Of a stretch of DNA of 64,000 nucleotides, positions 26,560 through 40,989 are shown piece after piece. A program made the position numbers and the translations under genes. The notes beneath the pieces were generated by a model that did no database searches, had not been told where the DNA came from, and was given only the letters and a program-made list of their open reading frames with translations. How positions within the stretch are numbered: the first letter of the stretch is position 1; each line of letters opens with the position of its first letter. Origin of the DNA: Octopus vulgaris (taxonomy: Eukaryota); the NCBI GenBank assembly GCA_951406725.2, contig OX597815.1, positions 60,264,001 through 60,328,000 on the forward strand, written 5' to 3'.

Positions 26560-27400
26560 CTGGAGATGTACTACTGTGTCAGCTTTCCACTACCAGTGAA
26601 CGAAGGTAACACCTCATATTTTTCGAGCAGCTTTCGGAGTATTCGAGCGGTTCCAAGCAGTGCTGTTTTCTGCAAGTGCTCCACCCTTATTGCAGCCCCT
26701 ATTTGTTCCATGTACTTCTCGAGATTTTTACTCTTTGTTCCCATGTTTCCGACAATCATTGGTTCCACTACCACCTTTTTCATCGACCACAACTGCTTTA
26801 CCGCCCAAACTAACCTGTCGCACCTATCGACTTTTCTTTCTTCCTTATCGCATACCTTGTTGTCAGTTGGACATGCTATATCTATGATCCAGCATAGTTT
26901 GTTTTCTTTTTCAATTAAGACTATGTCGGGCTTCCTATTCTTCCTATTCTCTATCTTATGGTCGCACTGAATCATAAAATACCACAGAATCTTTGCATTA
27001 TCATTTTCGATGATGCCTTCGGGTTTGTGGTCGTACCAATTTTTTTGCTCTGTCAAGTCCATACTTGTTGCAAAGTGTCCAATGGACAAGCCTTGCTATA
27101 TTGTCGTGGCGTCTCTTATATTCCTTCTTGGTTAGTGGCGTACATTGTCTGGTGATGCGCCATACAGTTTTACCATTTTGTCCACAGATTCTGCACTTAT
27201 CACTTTCTGGTGTGTTGTCTACTCTGTATTTTATGTAGCTCGTTCTTGGTGGCTGCTGTTGGGCAGCACAGATTAGAGCCTCCATTTCCAGTTTTTAATC
27301 ACTTTTAGTCATCAACAGCCATTTGCTTTCTCTGTCTGTCTTATTATCTTCAATATCCCTATGAAATTGTCCATGCATTGTTTTATTTATCCATCAGTTT
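26560..27400 (-). mobile_element. R4/Dong-like RLE LINE 3' fragment
   Basis: CRICG zinc knuckle, YKRRHDNIA, RKPDIVL..IIDIACP and LQKTALLGTARILRK, next to (TTA)n. Confidence 0.92.
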
Positions 27401-27492
27401 CAATCATTTCAATTGCTTGTACAGTATTATTAGTATTATCATTATTGTTGTTGGTGTTGTTGCTGTTGTTGTTGTTGTTTTTGTTGTTGTTG

Positions 27493-27555
<63 letters not shown>

Positions 27556-27556
<1 letters not shown>

Positions 27557-27765
27557 AGGCGGTGAGCTGCAAAATCGTTAGCACGCTGGACGAAAGGCTT
27601 AGTAGTATTTTACCTGTCGGTACGTTCTGAGTTCAATTTCCGTCGAGGTCTACTTTGCCTTTCATCCTTTCAGGTTCGATAAAATAAGTACCAGTTGAAC
27701 ACTGAGATCTATGTAATTGACTCATCCCTTCCCCGCAAATAGCTTTGTGGCAAAATTTGAAACCA
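27556..27765 (+). mobile_element. tRNA-derived SINE with Meta-domain-like core
   Basis: B box gagttcaatttc and core gtctactttgcctttcatcct..cgataaaataagtaccag. Confidence 0.75.
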
Positions 27766-27789
27766 TTATTATTATTATTGTTGTTTTAC

Positions 27790-29030
27790 TTCTCAGACCG
27801 CTCGGTTTTGTTTGCCCTGGTTGATTCTGTGAGAGCGGACATCAGCCTCTTTCCGCACATTATAAGCATTGATACTTGGTTGTTAATTATTGTGGAAGAC
27901 ATTAAACATCCAAGTATCAGGTTTAAAATCTTAGCTGTCTCCAACTGTTCGGTTATTTGGTCTTGCTCTGCTCTCATGTCAATTCCAATTTCTCTGACAT
28001 AATTCTCAAACTTGGTTATTAGTGCTCCGTGTGTCCCTACAACTACTGCAATGGCAGACACTCTCCTCATAGACCACATCTTACTATTTCGTCTTTTAGC
28101 AGTTTGTACTTATATATGGATGACATCCATATATAACAGATGGTTTAATTTTCCTCCACTTATCAAGGTATATCCCGCTGTCACTTTCCGTAGTACCAGT
28201 GTGAGGGTTATCGTACAAATCACAAACAACAATGGTGATAGGCTATCTCCTTGAAATATGCCTCACTTGATCCTCGCCAAATATTTTTCACATGAAACTG
28301 ACTTTGTATTCCAGTTCTTCATAAAATTTGATGTTATCAGGCACCTGTACTAGCTCAAGATCTTCTAGAATCCAGGAATGGGAGACCATGTCATACACTT
28401 TCTTATAATCGATTTTTCCCAGGTTAGTAAGTTATTATTATTTTTATCATCATTATATGTTTGAGTTTTGCTTTGTATTTGTACAACTCCACTCCAAATC
28501 TCACACAGACCTCAAGAGACAGCAAGTTAGAAGTTCAAGTTTGTTTGTTTCAAAATTTGAGATTACATACACAGAATTTTACGTAGGATATGGGCAGGTT
28601 CCATGAACACTATTTTTTGGATGTCTGCCATTTTGGGGTTTCCTGGCCTCTGAGCTACATAGTAATCAGCCCCTCTTACTATCATTCCCAAGGCATCTAT
28701 GCCAACGGGTATTGTTTTAGTCTTGAGATTCCACATCTTGCCAATTTCTATTTCGAGATCTTTATAGTTGCTCAGCTTTTGGTAGGTTTTAGACAGATAC
28801 ATTTATGTCGATTTTATCATGGGGCAGGTCCAAGTTTTTGCAAATTGTCCAGTGAATATACTCTCCAGCTCTATCATGCCTGTTGAGATACTCTGTAGGT
28901 GCAAAAAACCTACACATGGAGACAACACGATCGATTATATCATTTTGTTGCTTACATACATGCCATGGGCTATTGCCGTTCTTTAATATGTTGGCCTGGT
29001 AGCTCTTTGTAGGAAGGCCTTGAACTTGGC
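27790..29030 (-). mobile_element. Two further decayed R4/Dong-like LINE fragments
   Basis: IFQGDSLS RT remnant near 28250, KLSNYKDLEIEIGKMWNLKTKTIPV, and HILRKIL. The 3'UTR piece recurs at 26165-26250. Confidence 0.8.
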
Positions 29031-29054
29031 CTGCTATGATAAACTCTACAATTT

Positions 29055-29172
29055 TCTTCTTCTTCTTCTTCTTCTTCTTCTTCTTCTTCTTCTTCTTCTT
29101 CTTCTTCTTCTTCTTCTTCTTCTTCTTCTTCTTCTTCTTCTTCTTCTTCTTCTTCTTCTTCTTCTTCTTCTT

Positions 29173-29202
<30 letters not shown>
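29055..29202. repeat. Pure (CTT)n microsatellite
   Basis: Directly visible. Confidence 0.98.
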
Positions 29203-29203
<1 letters not shown>

Positions 29204-29426
29204 GCATCTTTTGCAATTCAGTTTCCATTTCTTACCGAGTGTCTTCTTGACACCTAGGGCAGAGAAACGTACTGTATACATAGGGAGGCCATTAAAATAA
29301 ACACATCAGATTGTTCATTTACAAAGTCAAGTGATAGAGAAAAAGGGAAACACAGAGAGGAAAATGAAAATTAAAAAAGATAAAGGAGTAAACAAATAAA
29401 GGGGAGAAAGGAAGGAACATTCACAG

Positions 29427-30535
29427 TGACAATGCTCTTCTTAATATGTGTGACGTACCAGTTAAGACAATAAGCTCTTCTCCGTATGTATGACGTACCA
29501 TTTAAGACACTATGCTCTTCTCAATATATATGACGTACCAATTAAGACAACATGCTCTTCTCAGTATGTGTGACGTACCAGTTAAGACACTATGCTCTTC
29601 TCAATATATATGACGTACCAGTTAAGACAACATGCTCTTTTCAATACGTGTGATGTACCAGTTAAGACAATATGCTCTTCTCAATATGTGTGACGTACCA
29701 GCTTAGACAATATACTCTTCTCAATATGTGTGACGTACCAGTTATAACAATATGCTCTTCTCAATACATGTCGTGTACCAGCTTAGACAATGTGATCTTC
29801 TCAATACCTGTGACGTACCAGCTTAGACAATCTGCTGTTCTCAATACGTGTAACGTACCAGTTAGGATAATAAGCTTTTCTCAATACATGTGACATACCA
29901 ATTTAGACAATATGTTCCTCTCAGTACGTGTGATGTACCAGTTAAGACAATAAGCTCTTCTCAATACGTGTGATGTAGCAGTTTAGACAATATGATCTTC
30001 ACAATACCTGTGATGTACCAGCTGAGATAATATGCTCTTCTCAATATGTGTGACGTGCCAGTTAAGACAATATGCTCTTCTCAATGCGTATGACAAACCA
30101 GCTTAGGCAATAAGCTCTTCTCAGTACGTGTAACGTACCAGTTAAGACAATATACTCGTGTCAATACCTGTGACGTACTAGCTTAGACAATATTCTCTTC
30201 TCAATACGTGTGACGTACCCGTTAAGACAGTATGTTCTTCTCAGTGTGTGACGTTAGCTCTTCTCAGTACGTGTGATGTAGCAGTTAAGACAATATGCTC
30301 TTCTTAATATGTATGACGTTCCAGTTAAGACAATATGCCCTCCACAATACGTGTGACATACAAGTTAAGACAATATGCTCTTCTTAATATGTATGACGTT
30401 CCAGTTAAGACAATATGCTCTCCACAATACGTGTGACATACAAGTTAAGACAATATGCTTTTCTCAATATGTGTGACGTGCCAGTTAAGGCAATTGTGAC
30501 GTACTAGTTAAGAGAATTCTGGCGTACCAGTTCAG
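29427..30535. repeat. 40-bp minisatellite, roughly 27 copies
   Basis: Unit GTTAAGACAATATGCTCTTCTCAATAYGTGTGACGTACCA repeated head-to-tail. Confidence 0.97.
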
Positions 30536-30554
30536 ACATTATTATTATTATTAT

Positions 30555-31159
30555 TGAGTGAGCGAGCAGAGCATGCCATCAAAGTGACACTGGGGTAAAA
30601 TATACGAAGCCCAGTATACCCATCATGACTACCTGTCTGATAAGGGTACACCAGGCACATGCATCACAACCATATGTGCGCGACATGGTGATCTCATATC
30701 AAGATAAACAGCACATGACCTTGCAAGTGGAGCCCAGTTAGAATTTTCTTCAGATCGAGTAACCCATCCCGCTCAAAAGGTCCCTGAATAAGGGTTGTTA
30801 TAGGACGTTGAACATAACACCCATGTTTCCAGAGGTGAATTATTCAAACCCCAAAGAATCCTTCTCAACACATGGCTATGATGCTCCCCCACTACTTCTG
30901 CTCGTGATCAGAGATGCACATATCATCAGCCACTAAGGGACATGCTCAACTGGTTATGGTCAAACAACTGACAAGCAAATCTGTGGTATTGAGCAGAATA
31001 TTTGCTGTAGCCCATCTTTTATACCAAGACAAAACAATGTACATGATAACACTTCCAATCAGTTAAGATCAAAAGCCATGAGAGCCACTGCCTGGTACTG
31101 CATCAGGGCATTTATTATTATTATTATTATTAATATTATTATTAATATTATTATTATTA

Positions 31160-31230
<71 letters not shown>

Positions 31231-31774
31231 GAGTGAGAGAGCAGTACATGCCATCAAAGTGACGCTGGGGTAAAATATACGAAGCCCAGTATACCCATCA
31301 TGACTACCCGTCTGATAAGGGTACACCAGGCACATGCATCACAACCATATGTGCGCCACATGGTGATCTCATATCAAGATAAACAGCGCATGACCTTGCG
31401 GGTGGGGCCCAGTTAGAATTTTCTTCTGGTTGGGTAATCCATCCCACTCAAAAGGTCCCTGATTAAGGGTTGTTTAAGGATGTTGAATGAAACACCCATG
31501 TTTCCAGAGGTGAATCATTCAAACCCCAAAGAATCCCTCTCAACACATGGCTATGATGCTCCCCCACTACTTCTGCTCATGATCAGAGATATACATATCG
31601 TTAGCCACTAAAGGACATGCTCAAATGGTTAAGGTCAAACAACTGACAAACAAATCTGTGGTACTGAGCAGAATATTTGCTGTAGCCCATCTTTTATACC
31701 AAGACAAAACAATGTACATGATAACACTTCCAGTCAGTTAAGATCAGAAGCCATGCCTGGTACTGCATCAGGGC

Positions 31775-31775
<1 letters not shown>
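30555..31775. mobile_element. Two tandem ~550-bp copies (30555-31110 and 31230-31775) of a (TTA)n-flanked non-coding element
   Basis: Same ends (gagtgag..gcatgccatcaaag / ggtactgcatcagggca), each bounded by (TTA)n. Confidence 0.9.
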
Positions 31776-31838
<63 letters not shown>

Positions 31839-32299
31839 TTCATTTCTATTATTAAAGTTATCTATAATTACCTCTCTAACATTTTTTCGGAAATTCTTTT
31901 GCATGGTCAATAAATAGAAAAAAAGTGCGGTAAGGGAAGTCCCGTCCTTAAGCATAAGGATAAGTTGAAGCAATCACTAAAGTTTCTACACCTTAATTTG
32001 ACATCTTGGGAAAGTCATTACCTAGATCGATCGGCAAGGCGTAAAATGTGTTATTATACATTAAAACAATTTGAGTTGAAGAAACAGAACAATAAAGGAA
32101 TTATATCCTACAATCAACAGACTCATCGCCCAATCCCAAGCAAAATCAAAATTATCAGCGTCTCTATTGTGACTTTACAGCAAAATCCATACTTGGACTT
32201 AATATATATTCATGCATCCATCGCATATAGGCGCAGCTTCTTTTATTTGTAAAGTTATTTTCTCTCTCTCTTTCTCTCTCTCTTGTTTTAAATCTACTC

Positions 32300-33090
32300 C
32301 TAATACTTATATGTCAAAATTAACGGAAGTGAACTTCATTATTATTAACTATAATATATTAATTTGTCATGGCTAGATAGGCGGTAAGGTCGACGTGAAG
32401 CTATGATACTCCAGTTATTTGTAAGTTAAGGTTTTACAAATCTTTTAATCTTCTGTCAAGTACATGTACGTTTCTTTGTCATTCCAATTTTTTACAGTCT
32501 GTCTGTAATGATCTTGTAAACCAGTTCTTTTTCCAGGTACTTTTTATTCAGAGGAATGTTTTAGAGGAATGTAAAATTACAAGATCTATTTGCAGTGTTC
32601 CCAATGCTATTTTTCTTAGTGTCTTTTAATATCATCGAACCTATGTCAGAAAGGCAATTATAGATAACTTTTAGTGTGTTACTATTAGAGATCTCGTGGT
32701 ATTTATGTGCGCGTTCAAAGTGGGGGTCTATAAGTTTCAGAATTCATCTAGCTAAAGTTGCAGCCACGTTCATGTTGTATGGAAAGTTATACCACAATAT
32801 TTTTCTATGTCTGTGTCTTTTCGGACATCCAAATTTGGTTAGATATAGGTTATATTGTTCTTAAAAGGAGATCTTTCCAAAGCGGCATCGTAATATGGAG
32901 CTGCCTTTTGGAAGGTTGCGTCATGAAAGGAGAGATTGTAAATACGCCTACTTATTAACTAATTAGTGGTGGATGGTTAGAGAGCATCTATCGATGACAG
33001 CTGTATCCTCATTAGGTTTGTGAGAAGGCTTATATTTGTTTCTGTTAAGGTTCATATTAATATCTAAGAAATAAACTTCTTTAAGATTAG
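32300..33090 (-). mobile_element. Old, decayed Naiad-type Penelope-like element
   Basis: Minus-strand translation fragments VYFLDINMNL..YKP.HKPN, NHPP, AAPYYDAAL, ILWYNFPY, LKLIDPHF. Confidence 0.75.
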
Positions 33091-34139
33091 TATTGTGATT
33101 TTAAAACTGAGTTGCATGCATGTGTACATGCATTTCCTCGTCCTTCTTATCCTCGTCCTCCTTATCCTCGTCTTCATCCTCCTCCCCTTCCTCCTCTGTC
33201 TCCATGATTCTTTCTCTGCCACTAAGCCTAGTATGTGCACTCATAACTTCTTAACTTTCTCAGTATCTGTCTTTGCCTCCTCTCTTTCTTTCCCTTCCTA
33301 TGTGCGATGTAAAGGGTGACTGGACACTTTAAGTAAGTAACCGACACACGAACGAACGAATCAACCAACCAACCAACATTTATATCGGCTATTATTTGAG
33401 TATTAACAATATATAACAACATATAACGATATGTATTTTATATCACATAATGTATAACAATATATAAACAATATATTGAGTATATATTCTTACTGAGATA
33501 TAATGAGTGATTTTCATGGTTGTAGTTAAAGTGGTGGTAGTGGTGGTGTGGTATTGGGTATAGAAGTTTTGGCGATTGTGAGGATTGTGGTAGCGTTTGT
33601 TATTGTTGGTGGTGATGGTAATGACGGTGGTGGTAATAGTGATGGTGAATATGCTAATTGCAATAGTGGTTGGGGATGAGGATGAAGGTAGTTGTAGTGA
33701 TGATCGTGGCGCTGGTGTTGGCGAAAATTGTGATGGCGGTACTGGTGATGGAGACGATGGTAGTTGTAATGGTAGTGATAAGTCTGGTGATGTGTTGAGG
33801 TGGTGATCATGGGAGGAATAGAGTTACTGCGATGGAGATTTGACGGAAAGAACTGAAGAGAGAACGGAAATGAGATCCATTGTCGTCATAGTCGTAGTGA
33901 ATATATGGCTTCAACCATTTCCTTAAGTAAATAATGATGTAGTGGTGGTGGTGATGGTAGTAATGGTGGTGGTACTAATGGTGATGGTGTTGGTGGTGGT
34001 GAGAGTGGTGGTGGGTGTGATGATGATGGTGGTGATATTGGGGTGGTAGTGGTGGCGGTGGTGGTGGTCAAGATGATGTTGGTGGTGGTGGTGACTGCAA
34101 AATTTGTGTTAGAGATGATGATGTTATTGATGGTGATGA

Positions 34140-34330
<191 letters not shown>

Positions 34331-35717
34331 GATGTGCTGATGATGGTCTAGTTATAAATCGGCAGTAATTGAGTAGATCTATAATGAACCGTGTTCTTGC
34401 TATGGCCATCCTGATGAAATAGACTGTGTTATCTAATGTGTTCTTTCTGAAACCAATAGGGGCAGTTTTGAAGGTAATTTGGTTGTTATTTCAAGCTGGT
34501 GGAGTGGTCATGTTCAGGCTCAGCTCAGGCTGGCTTATGTTGTTGCTGCTTAGTTCAGCCGTAACAGAGCAGACCCGTGAACAAAGTTATTCCAACAGTA
34601 ACCATCTCATATTTTTCTGTGCAATGAATCTTTCCTAAGACGGTTGGCTGTGAATTGGGGGAAATTTGATAGACCAATAGAGGATCAATGATCAAAGATA
34701 ATGTAGTTATGACCATCCTGTGCTCTCAAGCATTGTCTATTTAGGAGTACATTTATTCAGTATATCACACTGTTGTCAAAACAGTAGGATATAACTTGAA
34801 GGAGATTTTGCAGCTTTTTTTCGCGAGCTGTTATTGTTTAGGCCTAATCAATCTGTGGTCAATGGAATTCTATCCGTGATCAACCTGTGTCTAAGGGCAG
34901 GTAATCCAGTGCCACGTGATGAGAAAATATCTTATTCTTGAACAGTAGGCTGTGGTATGAGGGAAATTTAGTTTCTGCTTCTAGTAGGTTGACCGGTCAT
35001 GTTCATGCTCAGTGTTGTCTCGGTTCGTGGTGGTGGGTCGGTCGTAGGAGGATGTGTTGATTGTAAAATAGATTGGTGTTTACAGTGGGGGTGAAGTGGG
35101 GTGAGCAAATATAACGACAGCGTTGATGTCATGTAGTAATAGTGGTAGTGATGGTGGTGGGGTAGGGTTACTGCATCGGTAGTGTTACTGTTGTAGTGTT
35201 TGTGACGGTGTTGCTATCCATGAAGTATCAGTAATTTTAACTACTTACATCAGTGATGATGATGATGATGATGTATGGGTAATAGTAGGAGTGGTAGTTT
35301 CAGCTGTTGAAGTGGTAGCGGTGGATTGTTTTAGATTCTGGAATGTTGAATGTGGTATAGAGGTAAAATAGAAAAGATGGTGGGCCAGTACAAATATAAT
35401 GAATACTTCATTTCTTCCTCCAACACCACCGTCGCAGTGATGACGATGACGACGACAAAGACGACCAAAACCTGCTTCAGAGCCGCTCCTAATACGGTTA
35501 GGACCGACTCCACTAACGACTTTACCGAATCTCGACTTGCCTTAATCTCATTTCCTAAACAGTATTGGTAGCCTTCTATAATCTCTATCTTCCTCTTCAT
35601 TTCTCTCTCTCTCTCTCTCTCTCTCTCCCATTCTGTTGTGTACATGTACCTGTATATGTATGCATGTACATACGTAAGTATGTATGTATATGAGTGTTAG
35701 TACAATGTGTGTCTATG

Positions 35718-35819
<102 letters not shown>

Positions 35820-36372
35820 TATACATAAATATACACATATACATTTATATACACACATATCTGCGTACATATTATTTTAGCGAGTATATGTGTGCGATAC
35901 ATTTGTATATATCTACGTATGTAGCTAGATATATGCCTACACGCACGCAAATACACACACTTAGCTATGCGTGAGTGTATGTGTTCGCGTGAGACCGTGA
36001 AACTGAGAGAAAGACGTAGGCGGGGTTTAAGTTATGAGTTGGAAGAACAAGTAAAGATGGTAGAGAGATAGTACGATATATCTACATGTCTAGATGTATT
36101 TCACTAGTATCTATTTGAAACATAGAAACAACACATTCGCACACATAAATATATGAATGTGAACGTGTCTTTTGGTGTGTGCATGCAAACATATTAGTAT
36201 ATAGGTCTTCTCTGAAGAGTTGTAAGTTGTACCGTCTATCCTTAATATTAGAAGAAAAAATATCAATTACCCCTATTCTGTAATAGAGTTCTCTTAGTGT
36301 ATATCACTACGACCATCTAATCGATATGTATATATGTATGTATTTATCTGTATGTCTGTCTAACTGTCTGTA

Positions 36373-36463
<91 letters not shown>

Positions 36464-36649
36464 TTCGCTCTTTCTCCTCCCCTCTCTCACTGTACTTATA
36501 TACATATATACATACATATATACATACATGCATACATACATACATACATACATACATACAAACATACATACATACCTACATACATACATACATACATACA
36601 TATACATATACATATATCCATACATACATACAAACATATACAACTTAAA

Positions 36650-38065
36650 TACCTTCACGGCGAAACAGCTCCGATAACAAGCATGTTTTGTAAAAGACAA
36701 ATCAACTGGTTCTCGACCCTCTCAAACACTGAAAATGAGCCAAAACCTGCCAGAAGCGGCGTAAAAAAATAAAGTAAACAAACCACCGCTCCCGCCATCG
36801 CTAAATTCCAGTGTGTCTCCAAATTTAGCTGACTCAGTTAAATACATCCAACTCAATATATCCTACTCTAAACAGTTTAAAATTCCAATTCGCAATAAAT
36901 TTTGCCACTTTCGCGAAGCTTTCGTTGAACAACAAACCATTCCCAAGAAGAGTGAGAAAAAATCCAACCTATCTAATGTTTAAGGTTATCAACGATGTTG
37001 CTGAAGAGCACATGGTGTCATGTGATGTTAATTACTGGAATATTAAAACTCTTATATACACAGCCGTTATTACTTTTAAAGAACACCTAGGAGAAATCTA
37101 CAGTGAACAAAATAACGAAATTATTAAACGGAAACAATCTACATGGAAAACAAAACTTAAAGAAATCATCAACAACGTGCGCCGCCATATAAAATGTAAG
37201 GAGAAAAATGAGTTTACACCTCACCAACTCTACCTTAGACAAAAATTTACGAAACTTTATGCCAACTCTTCACATCGAGCTCTTGAGAGAAAGCTAATCA
37301 TTTTCAAACATGAACTCAAGACGACGAGAGAGAAACTCCGCTATCGCATACACATTTTTGAACGAGCCAATATCAATCGCAAGTTTGCTTCCAACCCACA
37401 AGCATTATACAGAAAGAAGGAAAACATTACCATTAAGAAAGCTCCCTCCCAAGATCTATAATCATTCTGGTCAAAAATTTGGAACGAAAAGAAAGATTTC
37501 AACCTGAATGCATCATGGTTAAAAAATATAACTACCAGGATAACGTTCTTCAAAACGGTTCTGATCCTAAATGCAGATTCTGCGACAGATTTGACGATAC
37601 AATAGACCATCTCGTATGCTGTGCTGATACCAAACGAATACAAAAATCGCCACGATAGGATAGGACAGTATTTATATTGGAAAATAAGTAAACACTACAA
37701 AATCAGCAATCCTGCTTATTGGTATGAACATCATCCTGACCCAGTCGTTGAAGGTAAAAATGAGAAAGATCCAGGCTAATCGACCAGACATAGTTATTAA
37801 AGACAATGAAGAAAATACTTGTAGACTAATAGATGTAAGTGTTCCCACTGATTAAAATATATCTGTCAAAGAATTTGTAAATATAATAAGAACCTGGAAA
37901 TTGAAATACAAAAGATGTGGCATCTTAAAACGAGAACTGTTCCAGTTATTGTAGGTGCCTTAGGTATCATAAAAAAAGGATATCAGAAACATCTAGTTAA
38001 GATCCAAGGAGAACCATGTCTCAGAAAAATCCAAAAGATTGTATTGACAATCCTTAGAAAAACAT
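36650..38065 (+). mobile_element. Internally deleted R4/Dong-like LINE
   Basis: N-terminal-like ORF (36925-37461) joined to a CRFC knuckle, YKNRHDRIG, ANRPDIVI and PVIVGALG. The RT domain is missing. Confidence 0.82.
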
Positions 38066-38160
38066 ACAGTTCTTTATTTAAGAGATGAGGAATTATGTAC
38101 ATTATTTACGCTATTTACATTATTTACATTTGATGGATATTTGTCCTCATGTTGTATATG

Positions 38161-39374
38161 TATATGTGGCAACGGTTCTCGCCATTTTTAAAAATTTTGG
38201 AATCTATTTTTTTCGAGAATTCTATTTTTGAATCATTTTGGAATCTATTTTTTTTTCTAGTTAATTTTAGTTAATTTTTGTTTATTTTCTGATCATTAAA
38301 ATGGAATGTCAAGTTAAGAAAAACAAGCATTTTCGACATCTTCTTTTTGTTTTTAATCAATGTTCTAAGTCCTCAAAAGCTGCTCGCGACATTTGTGCTG
38401 TGTATAGAGAGGATGCCATAGCTGAAAGAACCGCTCGTGATTGGTACACCAAGTTCAAAAATGGAAATTTTGACCTCAAATACGCACCTCGTTCTGGCCG
38501 TCCAGTTCGATGAAGAGTCATTAAACCAACTTTTGCACGAAAATTCTCGCCCAATAACAATGGAGCTGGCAGAGAAAATGGATGCTCCCATACTGCTATA
38601 GAGAAACATCTTCACTCGATGGGAAAGGTTCAGAAGTATGGAGCATGGGCTCTGCATGCTTTAAGTGACAACGACAAAAATCAAGGAGCTACAATCTCCG
38701 CTGGTTTGCTTGCTCGTCACCGCTCAACTCATGGACACAAACAACGATTTCTTTACCGAATCGTTACTGGCGACGGAAAATGATGCCTGTACATCAATAT
38801 GAAGCAGCGTAAGGAATGGCTTAGCCCCGGTAAACAAGCGACACCGCTCTTGAAACAAGATCTTCATCCGCGTAAAACGATGTTGTGCGTATGGTGGGAC
38901 TAGAAAAGGATTATCCATTACGAATTGCTTGAACGGAACCAAACGCTCAACACGGAACTCTATGTTCAACAGATGGAACGACTCAACACGGCTATTCAAG
39001 AGAAAAGACCTACTCGGCAACATGGAGTTCTTCTGCTGCACGACAACGCCCGCCCTCATATCGCCAATATGACCAAGGAAGACATTCAAACGCATGGCTG
39101 GGAAGTGCTTCCACACCCGCCGTACTCTCCTGGTTTGGCACCAACGGATTTCCACCTCTTTCGATCTCTTTCAAATGCTATGCGCGGAATTTCGTTCAAT
39201 ACTGATGGAGAATTGAGAGTTTGGTTGGATCAATTTTTCGAGTTGAAATCGAGTGATTTCTACCAACGAGGTATTGAAAATCTTGAAATTATTGATTGAT
39301 TAGTTGTTATTTTATTAAACCTTTTAAAAAATTTAAATTTAAAAAACGGCGGGTACTTAGTTGCCAACCCAATA
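38161..39374 (+). mobile_element. Mariner transposon with disrupted transposase (38301-39299)
   Basis: PRSGRP, IVTGD, LLHDNARPH and HPPYSPGLAPTDFHLF motifs. Right TIR ..ttgccaacccaaTA, left TIR degraded. Confidence 0.93.
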
Positions 39375-39819
39375 TAGAATTCTTTAACAAGAATAAAGTA
39401 ATCGAAGTTTCGATAACTAACCCATCATCATACAGTTCAATGAAGGCTTAGCTAGCTGAAGCTTCGAAGCCAGTGGGATCCTGTTATAGAATAATAAATT
39501 TCTACTCTATCAAAAGCAATGAGTAACCCTTCAGTTTAATATAAAATTCTTTATTATTACAACATAAAGAAGCATTAATATATATCCATAGCAATCAATC
39601 AATCAGTCAATCAATAAATCAGTCAATCATTCAATCACTTAAATTTCGTCGTGAATACATTAGCGGAAAGTGGAGACTAGAGAGAGGAAAGACGTGGTAT
39701 GAGCACAGACCGCAGAGAGTGGCGGATTCGGAGACTAGCGAAATCCTCTGCCATTATTATCATTATTATTATTACTTAACTCTTCATAGTAAGTTAGTAA
39801 CCTAGTAACAATAATGATA

Positions 39820-40283
39820 ATGCTGTGATGCAGTACCACACAGTGGCTCCATGACTTCAGATCCTAACTGGCTGGAAGTGTTATCATGTACAATAGATGG
39901 GCTACAGCAAATATTCTGCTCAATACCACAGATTTATTTGTCAGCTGTTTGACCTTAACCAGTTGAACATGTTCCTCGGTAGCTGATGATATGTGCATCT
40001 CTGGTCACGAGCAGAACTAATGGGGGAGCATCATAGCCAAGTGTTCAGAGGAATTCTTGGAGGTTTGGATAATTCACCTTTGGAAACATGAGTGTTTCAT
40101 TCAACATCTTTCAACAACCCTTATTCTGAGACCATTTGAGCGGGATGGGCTATTCAACTTGAAGAAAATTCTAACTGGGCCCCACCTGCAGTGTCATCTG
40201 CTGTTTACTTTGACATGAGAACACCATGTCGCGCACATATGATTGTGATGCCTGTGCCTGGTGTAACCTTATCTGACAGTTAG
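39820..40283. mobile_element. Diverged opposite-orientation copy of the (TTA)n-flanked element
   Basis: Reverse complement of the 30555-31110 family. Confidence 0.85.
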
Positions 40284-40285
40284 TC

Positions 40286-40334
<49 letters not shown>

Positions 40335-40335
<1 letters not shown>

Positions 40336-40985
40336 TGTGGTGAGGGGGATGAAACCGTATGGTACATCGTTAGCGAATGCCCGAAATTGTCACAACGCGA
40401 ATACAAAAGACATGACAATGTGGCAAGACTGATCCATTGAGAGCTGTGTGGAAACCATGGCCTACAAAAAGCAAAGACGTGGTAGAGCAAGCTCCAGAGG
40501 GAGTCACCGAGAATGAAAATTGCAAAATCCTGTGGAATACAATGATCCAGTGCTATCACCCGACCATACAGCGGAAACCGGACATTGTTGTGATGAATAG
40601 AAAAGAAAGAACATGTATGATAATCGACATAGCATGTCCAGGTAACAACAGGATCAAAAAGAAGGATGAAAACCTGAACAACTATGATGATGTGAAATGA
40701 GAAATACGAAAGTTGTTGTCATTGAAGAGAGTAGACGTGGTACCAATAGTAATTGACGCACTTGGAAGTATCAGCGCTCAACTACTAACATGGCTAAAAA
40801 GAAATTACTGCAAATGGAAAGGTAAAGCACCTACAAAAATCTGCATTGCTTGAAATTGCAAGAATTCTTCGCAGGGTTCTTGGAGCATGACCAGTAAACA
40901 AGTGTCACCTTAGTCTGCTGGCTGTGGACGACTGACACTTTCCACCATACCCTGTAAAATAAGTAGAGTTTTGATCAAATAATAA
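40335..40985 (+). mobile_element. R4/Dong-like RLE LINE 3' fragment
   Basis: YKRHDNVA, KILWN and RKPDIVV..IIDIACP motifs, between (TAA)n tracts. Confidence 0.88.
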
Positions 40986-40989
40986 TAAT

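Noticed and set aside
29427-30535. Regular 40-bp periodic array as a CRISPR
   Set aside because: Units are contiguous with no unique spacers, there are no cas genes, and the context is eukaryotic
39395-39480. Further partial hammerhead-like strings (also near 34411 and 46779)
   Set aside because: Cores are incomplete and no consistent stems could be drawn
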